DNA of 30,698 bases from an uncultured Candidatus Saccharibacteria bacterium (lineage in GTDB: Bacteria; Patescibacteriota; Minisyncoccia; UBA6257; JAKLIH01), in assembly GCA_964520445.1 (NCBI GenBank), contig CAZFNU010000001.1:1-30698 (forward strand). Reading direction: 5' to 3'. The translations under genes and the position numbers were made by a program. This document shows, in pieces, positions 8,446 to 18,366 of the stretch. Positions within the stretch are counted from its first letter, which is position 1, and each line of letters starts with the position of its first letter. The notes beneath the pieces are model-generated. The model searched no databases and was not told where the DNA came from. It worked only from the letters and a program-made list of their open reading frames with translations.

Positions 8446-10434
8446 ATGATGAATAAGAAATTCTTAACTCTATTCGTTGCTGCTACTTTCGTAGTATCAT
8501 CTTTTGCACCTTTTGCAAAAGCTGCAACAATAGACGAGCAAATTGCTGCTTTACTAGCACAAATTGCTGCCTTGCAAGGCCAAGTCGCAACATCAACAGG
8601 TACAGCAACAGGCACAACCTGCTTCTCAAATAATTTGAGCTATGGTATGACCCATGCTGATGTTAAGTTATTACAAGAAAAATTAGGTGTTTCCAACACT
8701 GGCTATTTTGGTCCTTTGACCTTAGCTGCTGTTAAAACATATCAAGCAAACAATGCTATCTCTCCAGTTGCTGGTTACGTAGGTCCTTTGACCCGCGCTT
8801 CCTTAAATGCTAAATATTGCACTACATCTACATCTACATCAACCGTTCCAGGTTGTGCTTCTGGTGCAACATATAGCGCAACAACTGGCGCTCTTTGTAC
8901 TACAGCTACATCAACCGTTCCAGGTTGTGCTGCTGGTGCATTATTCAGTGCTACAACAGGTGCAAGCTGTACAACAGGTACAACTTCAGCTAGTGGTACT
9001 GCAACAGAAGGTACATTAGTAAATACAACTTCTGCAACTTTCGTTGAGACTTCTTTAAAGAAAGGAGACGTCAACAAAGCTATCTTAGCTACAACAGTTG
9101 AAGCTAGAAATTCCGACATTACTCTTAAAAGAGCTGATGTTGAATTAGCCGCTACTTCAATCCAACCATGAAAGACATTCTCATCTTTTGGTTTGTATGC
9201 TAACGGAGTTTTAGTTAAAGAAATTTCAGCCGCAAAAGAGAACTTTATTGAAACCACATTCGTAACAAAATACGTTTTGAGATTCGATAATATCTCTATA
9301 GTTGTTGCTAAAGGACAAAAAGTTGATTTAGTAGTTAAAACAACCGTTTTAGCAAATCCAGAAAATACAGCTATTACAACTTTCAAGTTCTTAGCTAGCG
9401 CTATCCGTGGAGTTGATGGAGCAGGTATTGATCAATACACCTCTACAGAAATTACCAATACAATCTCTGGTGATGCCGTAGCCGCTTCTTCTACAGGTAC
9501 ATTAGTATGATCTCTTAATACTGCATCTCCAAAAACAGGTTTTGTTACTGGTAGTGCAACCGTTGTTTCTTCAGACAAGACATTAGCAATTTATGATATC
9601 AAAGCTGAAAACAGAGACGTTACTATCAAAACATTACTTGTTACCATGACTGATGCCGATACAATTGTTAGCGCTGTTAAATTATATGATGGTGCTACAT
9701 TGTTAGCTAGCGTTGCTGGTGCAAATGGTGATGTTACCTTTGATAATTTAGCTATTCTAATTGCTAAAGATACAACCAAAACATTAACTGTTAAGGTTGA
9801 TTTGAAGCCATTAGCTGCTGAGGGTAAGTTAATAGCTGCTGTAGTTACTGGTAGTGCTGCTAAAGTTTCTGCCTTTGACTCAACAGATGCTATTTTAGGC
9901 GCAAAATCATGTGGTGGAGGAGAATGTATTACAGGTACAGCTACAGGTAAAACATTAACAGCTTACACAAAAGCTCCATTGTTAACCTTTGTATCCTCAT
10001 CATTCACTAAGACAGTACAAGCTGGTCAAGCTGACCAAGGTGATGCTATAATCGTATTCGATGTCACCGCCGTTGGTGGAGATATCTTCATCAATAAAGC
10101 TGCTACCGCACTTGGTACTATCACAGTTGATGACGGAGTAGCCGCTACAGATACCTTTGCTGGTGGTCTAGGTACTTATACCTTTACATCTACAGCTGAG
10201 GCTGCTTCTGCAGACGTATATGTTGTTAGATCTGGTCAAACAGCTAGATTTACAATTTCAGGTCATGTAATTAATAAAGCTACAACAGGCTATATGCACA
10301 TGGCTATGGATAAGTTAATCTGAGGTACCGCTGTTGGAACCCCAACAACCTATAACTTATTAGGTATTTCAGCCACAGTTAATTATGATTTATCTAACTT
10401 TATAACAACAGACATTTCCTTAACACACGTCTAG
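8446..10434 (+). CDS. Secreted surface/S-layer-like protein with peptidoglycan-binding domain (662 aa, table 4)
   Basis: Signal peptide, QIAALLAQIAALQ helix, PG_binding_1-like DVKLLQEKL..GYFGPLTLAAVKTYQ..GYVGPLTRASLN, Cys repeats, then Ala/Thr-rich beta domains. TGA at 9169, 9508, 10321; TAG 10432. Confidence 0.88.
8836..8973 (+). repeat. Intragenic tandem repeat, 69-nt period (STVPGCxxGAxxSATTGAxC x2)
   Basis: acatcaaccgttccaggttgtgct recurs 69 nt apart; each unit has a Cys pair. Confidence 0.8.
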
Positions 10435-10483
10435 TTATATAGTAACAATATCATAATTGTTCTGCTTCACAGGAATGTGAATT

Positions 10484-10515
10484 ACCTCGCGCTACGAAAG
10501 TAGTGCGAGGTTTTT
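10484..10515 (+). terminator. Intrinsic terminator
   Basis: ACCTCGCGCTAC-GAAA-GTAGTGCGAGGT plus TTTT. Confidence 0.85.
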
Positions 10516-10563
10516 GATTCAAAAAAGTTTTCCACAGGCTTAAATAAAAAAGGCTTTTACCTA

Positions 10564-10592
10564 TTGCATTTTTTTTAAAAAAGGTGTATACT
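10564..10592 (+). promoter_or_regulatory. sigma70-type promoter
   Basis: TTGCAT-17-TATACT, with a T8A6 run extending from the -35 box into the spacer. Confidence 0.6.
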
Positions 10593-10724
10593 GTATTTAT
10601 ACACAAAATTGCGTTAGGTCGAGAAGTAATATCTTTATTTATAAATGCATAATAAGTAAAGATCAAACTTATACACGCAAATTTTAAATAAATTTTTAAA
10701 TATATAAAATTAAATTTTAAAGAA

Positions 10725-12194
10725 ATGAAAAAGATTTTTTCGATTTTAGCTATTATAGGAGTAGCTTTGATGATAGGATTTGTCGGACAAATACAAGCTG
10801 CAGCTCCAGGAATAACAGCAGCTACCGGTGGTGGTGCCATTTCTCTAGATACTTGTAATGTATCCTGGACATCTTTATTAGGTCCAGTTCTTACAGAAGC
10901 AGCTGCTGGTGATATAACAACAGGTGGTACTGATACAATTGTTATTAATGCCCCTGCCAATATGGAATTCAACACAGAACAAGAGGTTACTGCTTTAGTT
11001 AGTGGTGGCGGTACAAAATTAACTTTATCAGACTATACTGTCTCTCCAACAGCTAGCACAATTACTTTTGAGGTTTCGACTATCTCTGTTGCTAGCCCAT
11101 CAACAATTACTTTCTTGAATATTCAAGTTAGACCAAAAACAGGATCTTGTACAACTATCAGTACGGCCAATATGACCTTCAGTGGTACAAGTAGCGCGAC
11201 CGGAAACTGCGGAGCACTAACAACAACTTTTGGTGTTGCAACCAAGTTAGCTTTTACTGGTCAACCATCTACACCAACCGTTGCTTCTGTAGCTTTTACT
11301 ACTCAACCTATAGTTACAATTCAAGATATGAATGGTAATACCAGAACAGCTGATACAAATGAAATTACAATAGCTGCTTATTCTAATGTTGGGTGTACCA
11401 CAGTCGCAACAGGTACTCTAAGCGGTACTTTAGCAATGAACGCTATTGATGGGGAAGCCGATTTCGTTGGTTTAGGCTTAAAATACAATAAAGTAGGAAC
11501 AATATATCTTCGAGCTTCTACCCCGGGGTTAACATCAGCTTGTTCAAATGCTGAAGTTATTAACGTCGGAGCCGCTTCTAAAGTAATAGTATCTGCATAC
11601 CCAACAGTAGGTTATACCTATAGCAATTTTAGTACACAACCAGTTGTTCAAATTACTGATGCTGATGACAACGTTGTAACCACAGATAACTCCCGAATTT
11701 CAATAGAAGCATATACAAAAACCAATTTCGACGGAACAAAATCTGAGTTTAACGGCACTTCTACTATCTACGCAACAGACGATGGATTGGTAGGTGGTGC
11801 AGCAACAGGTATTGCTACATTTGCAGGTATTAAATACAATACCGTCAACACAACAGGAATTTTCTTATGTGCCTGGGTTGATGCTAACGGAGATGGTGTA
11901 AAGGACGAAGGGGAGACAAAGACTGGTTGTTCACCATTATTTAAAGTTTATGCCAATTCTTCCAATGCCCCAGTTGCCCAAACAACTACAGTTACCACAG
12001 CTCCAACTACAACTACAACTAGTGCTGCTACTACAACTACAACACTAGCTCCTGCTACAAGTGTTCCAACTACTGTAAAGCCAGTATCTAGTATGACCGA
12101 AGCTGAAAAAACAACTTATCTAGGAGAATTAAAAACTTTCTTAGTAAGTCTCTTAACCCAGATTCTTAATGCTTTACTAGCTGCTCAACACTAA
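10725..12194 (+). CDS. Secreted Ser/Thr-rich Ig-like surface protein (489 aa)
   Basis: Signal peptide, repeated AxKLAFTGQP/TQPxVxIxD Ig-like modules, Thr-rich linker, amphipathic C-terminal helix. Confidence 0.85.
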   Translation: MKKIFSILAIIGVALMIGFVGQIQAAAPGITAATGGGAISLDTCNVSWTSLLGPVLTEAAAGDITTGGTDTIVINAPANMEFNTEQEVTALVSGGGTKLTLSDYTVSPTASTITFEVSTISVASPSTITFLNIQVRPKTGSCTTISTANMTFSGTSSATGNCGALTTTFGVATKLAFTGQPSTPTVASVAFTTQPIVTIQDMNGNTRTADTNEITIAAYSNVGCTTVATGTLSGTLAMNAIDGEADFVGLGLKYNKVGTIYLRASTPGLTSACSNAEVINVGAASKVIVSAYPTVGYTYSNFSTQPVVQITDADDNVVTTDNSRISIEAYTKTNFDGTKSEFNGTSTIYATDDGLVGGAATGIATFAGIKYNTVNTTGIFLCAWVDANGDGVKDEGETKTGCSPLFKVYANSSNAPVAQTTTVTTAPTTTTTSAATTTTTLAPATSVPTTVKPVSSMTEAEKTTYLGELKTFLVSLLTQILNALLAAQH

Positions 12195-12214
12195 AATATA
12201 TCAAGATATATTTC

Positions 12215-12241
12215 ACCAGACTCGCTTGCGAGTCTGGTTTT
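12215..12241 (+). terminator. Intrinsic terminator
   Basis: ACCAGACTCG/CGAGTCTGGT stem plus TTT. Confidence 0.8.
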
Positions 12242-12332
12242 CGTTTTAAGTATTGATAAAAAATTAAATTTATGATAGGATATATATTATAGGATATATC
12301 AAAAAGTATTTATTAACTTAAAAGATATATAT

Positions 12333-13829
12333 ATGACAAAGAAATTTATTCGAACACTAATTCTGTTGATTTTAGTTCTTGGGTTTAGACAATCAGCCCT
12401 TGCCTTTAATGTAAATGATAATGTTTTTATCAACCAGTCCTATAGTCTAAATGCAGACTCTAATATTAAAACTTTTTTATTGAAATCTACTAACCAGATA
12501 TTATTCTATGCTGATCAAATATGGTGAGCTAGTTTATCAAGTTCTGAACAATCCAATATCGAGGGGAAGATATATATCCTAAGTACTGAATTTGAATATC
12601 ATATTAAGCCAATTTTAAACAATAACTACGGTAAAGAAGCAAACACCATTAATCCCACAGATACAAGATTAATCATAATTCTAACCCCTATGACCGAAGG
12701 GGTTCAAGGATATATCAAAACCAGTGACTTAGTTTTAAAATCAAGTAATAAATTATCTAATGAAGGGAATATAATTTACCTTAATGGGAATAAAATTAAA
12801 ACAGCAGAACCCAATATTATTAATTCCTTTTTAGCCCATGAATTTACTCATCTTATCTCCTATAACCAAAAGTATTTAAAGTATAATGTATCCGAAGATC
12901 TTTGGCTTGAAGAACTAAGAGCTGAGTATGCCCCAACTTTATTAGGATATAACGATAACTGGGACATAAGCTATCTAAAAGTTAGAGCTAGTGATTTTTT
13001 CAAAAACAACACTATTTCTTTTATGGACTGAGATAACACGATGTCTAGTTATTCTAGTATTAACTTATTTGCCACCTACCTTACTGAACAATATGGTAAA
13101 GAAATTTTAATTAATTCTTTACATTCCCCTAAAGTAGGTATTGAATCCTTGAATGCAACATTAGAAAATTTAGGAAATCATGATACTTTTAATCAAATCT
13201 ATCAAAACTGGTTAATTGCTAATATTTTAAACGATTGTACGAATTCTTCTAAGTATTGTTATAAAAACCTTAATCTTAAAAAACTATCTATTATTCCATC
13301 GAATTTTTATCTACCTACTAATAGTGATAGTGCTTTAGCTATCTCTGATACTTTTGTCCCATACATGGCCAAATATCAGAAGATCTCTGGAGGATCTTCT
13401 AACCTTAATTTTGATTTTGAAAACTCTTCTGATAATTTAACCCAGAAAATACCATATATTTTGGTTAACAAAAACGGATCTAAACAACTCTACTTTTTTG
13501 AGTTTCAAAAAACCAAATCTCAAAAAATAGTAATCCCTGATTTTAATAAAGATATAACTACGCTTATCATTGTTCCCTATCTTATTCGTAATGATGATAA
13601 CTACAATATCAGATCCATCTTTAAATGAAGCGTCCAGGCAGGCAATGGTACAGACATACCTAGTCCTGATACAACCATTGTTATACCCCCTACAAAGCCC
13701 GCTACACCGTCTGAAACGACCTCTACCACTACTATAGAACGCCAACAACAGATTATCTTATTACAGACCAGATTAATTACCCTTTTATTAGAATTAATAA
13801 CTTCTTTAAAATCAAGATTGGGGATATAA
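12333..13829 (+). CDS. Secreted zinc metallopeptidase-like protein (HEXXH; 498 aa, table 4)
   Basis: Signal peptide; AHEFTHLI with downstream LWLEELRAEYA; TGA at 12525, 13029, 13626 join four segments; Pro/Thr linker and amphipathic C-terminal helix. Confidence 0.85.
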
Positions 13830-13890
13830 AATCTGACTTTTCTAATTTAACTAACATTAAATTATCTTTATATCAGGTAAAGATATATAT

Positions 13891-13924
13891 CAAAATATGA
13901 CGAGCAATCGCCATATTTTGTTTT
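13891..13924 (+). terminator. Intrinsic terminator with GCAA tetraloop
   Basis: CAAAATATG/CATATTTTG outer stem and CGA-GCAA-TCG inner stem, then T-tract. Confidence 0.6.
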
Positions 13925-13930
13925 CTATGC

Positions 13931-13972
13931 AAATTAAAAAACCACCCATTTAATTAGGTGGTTTTTTAATTT
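13931..13972. terminator. Bidirectional terminator between convergent genes
   Basis: AAATTAAAAAACCACC/GGTGGTTTTTTAATTT 16-bp inverted repeat. Confidence 0.8.
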
Positions 13973-13974
13973 AC

Positions 13975-14607
13975 CTATTGTGTAGGCATTTGTTCTATAT
14001 CCGTAGTCGTAACATCTTGAACTATAGCTTCACTACCACATTGTTTCATCTCTTCTTTATATGTTTTTCAGGCAGTATTTTTAGCAGTTATGAAATCTTT
14101 AGTTAATGTTTTATCTGCTAGCTTAAAAGCATCCCAAGCAGTTTTAAGAGCTGTTTGTTTTTCTGTTTTTGTTGTTTTGTTTCAGGCTGTTTGCAAGGCT
14201 GTTGAGCGTTGTGAAAAAGCCTCATTTAATTTGGTTGACCGGGTATTTCAAGCACTAGCAATAGCACTATCTCTTTTAGCAATAGCTGCTTTTACACAAG
14301 CTGTATCCAAAGTTGTCTTAGATTTGTTAATCATTGGTTTAGTGCTTGTATTATTCCTTAAATTCTGAGGTATACTGGGTTTTGTATTATTCCCATTTGG
14401 ATTAGCAACTGGCTTAGGAGGTTTATTTCCTAAGAAATTTTGTAATAGATTTTTTATTCTATCTGGTAAAGCAGGCCTCGTATCATTAGTTTGCTCACTT
14501 ACTACTGTAGTCGCCGTAGTATCTGTTGTTTCTTGTCCCAAAACAATTAAAGAACCAGATATAACCAACGCACTAGAAAGAAAAATTATACCTATAGTTT
14601 TTTTCAT
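13975..14607 (-). CDS. Secreted helical-repeat protein, Parcubacteria-type (210 aa, table 4)
   Basis: Signal peptide, Pro/Asn linker, LDTACVKAAIAKRD, then four A-W helical repeats (three TGA at 14250, 14184, 14070; one TGG at 14136) ending in YKEEMKQC; TAG 13975-13977. Confidence 0.88.
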
Positions 14608-14718
14608 ATTTTTTTATTTATTTTAATTAAAGATTTTTAGAAGTCGACACTATATGTATAAGGGTATTATGACACATTTTTTATTGAAATACAACCTATA
14701 CTGTGGAAAACTACATTC

Positions 14719-14747
14719 TTGCATAAAACATTAAAATTTGATATTAT
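14719..14747 (+). promoter_or_regulatory. sigma70-type promoter
   Basis: TTGCAT-17-TATTAT with extended TG. Confidence 0.6.
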
Positions 14748-14837
14748 AAAGATATTAATATGTGTAATCTGTGGACCTTAAAAAAGGAAGTTCGCAGTCA
14801 ACTATATATGAGTATATATCTTTAAAAGGAGGTTTCC

Positions 14838-17813
14838 ATGTTTAAGAAATTTCTTGTTTTTTTCTTGTTATTTTCTTTACTATATCTAACTATTCCCATA
14901 AATGCCTTTAAAGTATCTGCCATTCAAAATGTTTGGATGGAAATTTTACCCAGAAAGATCAGCTCATCTGCTACCTACAAATTTCACTTCACAATCGAAA
15001 AAAAATTAGAGGTACACAAACCTATTATTCTTTTCTTTGGTGCGGGAACCACGTTAGTTCCCCCTTTACCCGAAGATCCGATTAAACGTCATGAGCGTTT
15101 AGTCCAAATCATTGAAGCCATGTCTATAGGTTTATCACCCTGTTCTGCCTGTCAAGGAGATCCAATTATCAAGTTTAAAAAAGATGGAACCGTAGAATCC
15201 ATGGAATTTAATACTCATCTTGATTTAGATCCTAGTTTTCCAGGCTATGAACACGTTGTAGTCACTGTTCCTGCAGTATGTGGTTTTACTACACCTGCAA
15301 AACCCGGATTTTATATCTACGGCGTCTCTACTTTTGTAGAACAAACAAAAGCTTATGCCCCACCATTTGAAATTGTTGAAACTCATCTAGGTGTTCCTGA
15401 AGGTATGCCAACAATTGAAGTTTTACCAGTAACTTGTAATTCCAATGCTACCTACATAATTACTTTTAATGTTGGTAGGGGTGGATGGCTACCCAGTGGA
15501 GCAGGTTTAATTAAATTAAAATTCCCCATTGAAACAAAATTTTCTAAACTCTTTGCTGAAATTAAACCAGAAAATATATTAGTTAATAATGTCCCCGTAG
15601 GTAATCCCATTAATGGTACAAAAACATTAATTAATTTCATTACTCCAGTGGAGATAAAAGATTCAGGAAAAGTTACCATAGTATTGAATGAAAAAGTTGG
15701 GATTTTTAACCCAGCAGGGCCAGGATCATTTACTGTAGAAGTAGCTACTTCAGCAGAACCAGAATGGGTCAAATCAGAAACCTATTCTATCCAAAAAGGT
15801 ATTAGTAAACTCACAATAAATCCAATCAAAGTGGGTAGAAATGCAGAATATGTTTTAAGCTTTGCCTTTAGTATAGTAGAACTGAAAATGGGAGGAGCTA
15901 TTATTGTAAAATTCCCTCCCAATGTTCAATTACCTTCGAATATTAATAATGAGTACATTCTTATTAACGAGGAAAAACCAATTTTAGCAGAGAAAAAAGG
16001 AACTGAGTTTGTTATATTTATAGCCAAAGAGTTACATCTTGACGATGGTGTTGAAATAATCTTTAAAAAAGAATGTGGTATTAGAAACCCAGTTACCCCA
16101 GGAAAAATTCAATTACAATACAGACCTAGTAATTATGATATTTATGAAGCTACATCTTTTGTAGAAATTATCGAAGGGAAACTGGAAGTAGGAGAAATAA
16201 CCATAGATCCTAGAAATGCTAATGAAATTGCCTCATATATAATTCCAGTTACCCTAGGAGATAAAAATGGTATAACGATGTTGAATACAGAAGCCCTAAG
16301 TATACAATTTCCTACACAGACATTTTTACCAGAAATAATTAACTTAGAAGATGTTCGTCTAAACTATGTTGATAAAAAGGTAATTATCCCAATCCATAAA
16401 GTAATAAAATCAGAAAATATAATTGAGGTTTATCCCTCTTCAAATATTCCTCAAGCTAGCCAACTATTAATAACATTTTATAAAGAAATAGGAATAAGAA
16501 ATCCAGAAGACACTGGACAATATCAACTATCTGTCTTTACTACTAAAGAGACAGAACCACAAAGTTCAGAATATAACATCCTACCTCCACTACCCATAAC
16601 TCAAATCATTGTTACAGGTGGGGTCATGGGAAAAAATGATTGGTATACAGAGCCACCTTTAGTTAAATTTATTTGTTCTGATAGTACTGCTGAAACTATA
16701 TTAATTTGGGATAATAAAGTAAACCAATCCATTATCTTTGATGGTAAAGAGAAACCCTTAGATACAGGACAATATGAAACGATTCTCCACTATTATTCTA
16801 AAAGTGTATACGGACAAGAAAAAACAAAAGATTATAAATTTAAAGTGGATACAGTAAAACCAGAAGTAGTTATTGATTCACCCAAAGAAACAAAAACAAT
16901 AACTAATATTTCTCCGATAGAAATTACTGGCAGAACCACTGGGATAAAAACAATATTGTATGGTATTGATGTGATACAACCTGATGAGTTAGTTTTTATT
17001 AATGATGAAAAAATTCCTGTTGTGATTAAGGAAGATCAAGAAAAACAAATTTTCTCTGGAGAATTTAATACTAAACTTGATCTTAAACAAGGAGAAAATA
17101 GTATTCATCTTCTAGTAGAGGATTATGCCGGGAATTCGGTAACTAAAGATTATATAGTAATTTTTGATAATATTCCTCCTGTTTTAGAATTGATAGAGCC
17201 CAAACAAAATTCAGTAATCTTAACATCTAAATTAACCATAAAAGGTAAAACTGAACCAGATATTCAACTTCTAGTAAATGGTGAAATAGTATACATAGAA
17301 GAAGATGGAAAGTTTCTTTTCGAAACCTACATGAAAAATATTGGGAAACAAATATTCAATACTGAAGCAACAGATTCAGCCGGAAATATAACACTTAAAG
17401 AATTAAACCTCTGGTTTGGATATACCATAATACTTCAAATAGGTAGCCGGGAAGCTCTTACTAACGCTACCCAAGAAGCATTAGATGTAGCCCCATATAT
17501 AAAATCAGGATCTACGATGGTACCCTTTAGATTTATAGGGCAGGCATTAGGCGCTGAAATTGGTTGGCAACTAAATTCTCAAAAATTTGTTGAAAAGGTT
17601 AGTTATAGACTCGGAAATAATTTTATCGAATTAACCATAGGGTCAAAAACAGCCAAAGTTAATGGTAAAAATGTTTCTCTTCTAGTTCCCCCAGAGATTA
17701 TCAAAGGAAGAACTTTTATACCTCTAAGATTTGTTACAGAAAATCTAGGAGCAGAAGTTTTGTGGGAAGCTAAAGAACAAAGGATAACCATTAAATATCC
17801 TAAACTAGATTAG
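14838..17813 (+). CDS. Secreted multi-Ig-like protein with C-terminal copper amine oxidase N-terminal ('stalk') domain (991 aa)
   Basis: AAGGAGGT SD, signal peptide, repeated beta domains, DxxxP Ig-like units. C-terminus APYIKSGSTMVPFRFIGQALGAEIGW..PPEIIKGRTFIPLRFVTENLGAEVLW is typical of Cu_amine_oxidN1. Confidence 0.9.
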   Translation: MFKKFLVFFLLFSLLYLTIPINAFKVSAIQNVWMEILPRKISSSATYKFHFTIEKKLEVHKPIILFFGAGTTLVPPLPEDPIKRHERLVQIIEAMSIGLSPCSACQGDPIIKFKKDGTVESMEFNTHLDLDPSFPGYEHVVVTVPAVCGFTTPAKPGFYIYGVSTFVEQTKAYAPPFEIVETHLGVPEGMPTIEVLPVTCNSNATYIITFNVGRGGWLPSGAGLIKLKFPIETKFSKLFAEIKPENILVNNVPVGNPINGTKTLINFITPVEIKDSGKVTIVLNEKVGIFNPAGPGSFTVEVATSAEPEWVKSETYSIQKGISKLTINPIKVGRNAEYVLSFAFSIVELKMGGAIIVKFPPNVQLPSNINNEYILINEEKPILAEKKGTEFVIFIAKELHLDDGVEIIFKKECGIRNPVTPGKIQLQYRPSNYDIYEATSFVEIIEGKLEVGEITIDPRNANEIASYIIPVTLGDKNGITMLNTEALSIQFPTQTFLPEIINLEDVRLNYVDKKVIIPIHKVIKSENIIEVYPSSNIPQASQLLITFYKEIGIRNPEDTGQYQLSVFTTKETEPQSSEYNILPPLPITQIIVTGGVMGKNDWYTEPPLVKFICSDSTAETILIWDNKVNQSIIFDGKEKPLDTGQYETILHYYSKSVYGQEKTKDYKFKVDTVKPEVVIDSPKETKTITNISPIEITGRTTGIKTILYGIDVIQPDELVFINDEKIPVVIKEDQEKQIFSGEFNTKLDLKQGENSIHLLVEDYAGNSVTKDYIVIFDNIPPVLELIEPKQNSVILTSKLTIKGKTEPDIQLLVNGEIVYIEEDGKFLFETYMKNIGKQIFNTEATDSAGNITLKELNLWFGYTIILQIGSREALTNATQEALDVAPYIKSGSTMVPFRFIGQALGAEIGWQLNSQKFVEKVSYRLGNNFIELTIGSKTAKVNGKNVSLLVPPEIIKGRTFIPLRFVTENLGAEVLWEAKEQRITIKYPKLD

Positions 17814-17836
17814 TTAAGCGAACAATATAAAAAGGA

Positions 17837-17872
17837 ACAGGCTTCGATGCAATTCATCGAAGCCTGTATTAA
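17837..17872. terminator. Terminator between convergent genes
   Basis: ACAGGCTTCGATG/CATCGAAGCCTGT 13-bp perfect stem. Confidence 0.75.
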
Positions 17873-17901
17873 TTTTACAGTTTTCTATTTCACTAGATGT
17901 T

Positions 17902-17938
17902 AATTATGTTCCTGGTCCAGTAAAGATGGCAATATACA
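17902..17938. repeat. Direct repeat copy 1 flanking the TA module
   Basis: aattatgttcctggtc (16 bp) plus ggcaatataca (11 bp), both repeated at 19257-19286. Confidence 0.75.
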
Positions 17939-17991
17939 TGCGTAATTATGTAGTCAAAAGATATCAACCCCAAGTAAGAATATTATAGTTA

Positions 17992-18366
17992 TTAAAATCC
18001 AGAATGGTATTTAATATATTCCTTTATTCTTCCCATGTTTTCAATAGTTTGTTCACTTTTAAAATACAATTCAATAAATTCCACGGTATTGTTTTTCTCA
18101 GCAAAGGCATAAATAATCCTAATACCACTATGTGCCCCCTTATTTTTTAAGGCCTTGCAGGCAAATTTTTTAACTACAAAAAAGCAAATACCTTCACAAG
18201 GGAAGCCAGATATTTTAAAAATACCATTATTATCAATTTTATTGATATGAAAATTCTCTATAGCTTGTCTTTTAGCCACTTCTAAATCAGCTTCCAGGGT
18301 TCGGAATTTTTTTGAAAGTTGTTTTAGGTCTTTTAAAAAGCCGTCTGCATATAGATAGTTAATCAT
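17992..18366 (-). CDS. RelE/HigB-like toxin (124 aa)
   Basis: Likely start is ATG 18366, overlapping the antitoxin stop. F.KDLKQL.KKFRTLEADL..VKKFACKALKNKGAHSGIRIIYAF..EFIELYFK is a RelE-superfamily-like pattern. Confidence 0.7.
   Translation of the reverse strand: MINYLYADGFLKDLKQLSKKFRTLEADLEVAKRQAIENFHINKIDNNGIFKISGFPCEGICFFVVKKFACKALKNKGAHSGIRIIYAFAEKNNTVEFIELYFKSEQTIENMGRIKEYIKYHSGF

Noticed and set aside
11995-12075. ACT/ACA-rich quasi-repeats (also near 20340-20400)
   Set aside because: They simply encode Thr-rich linkers of secreted proteins.
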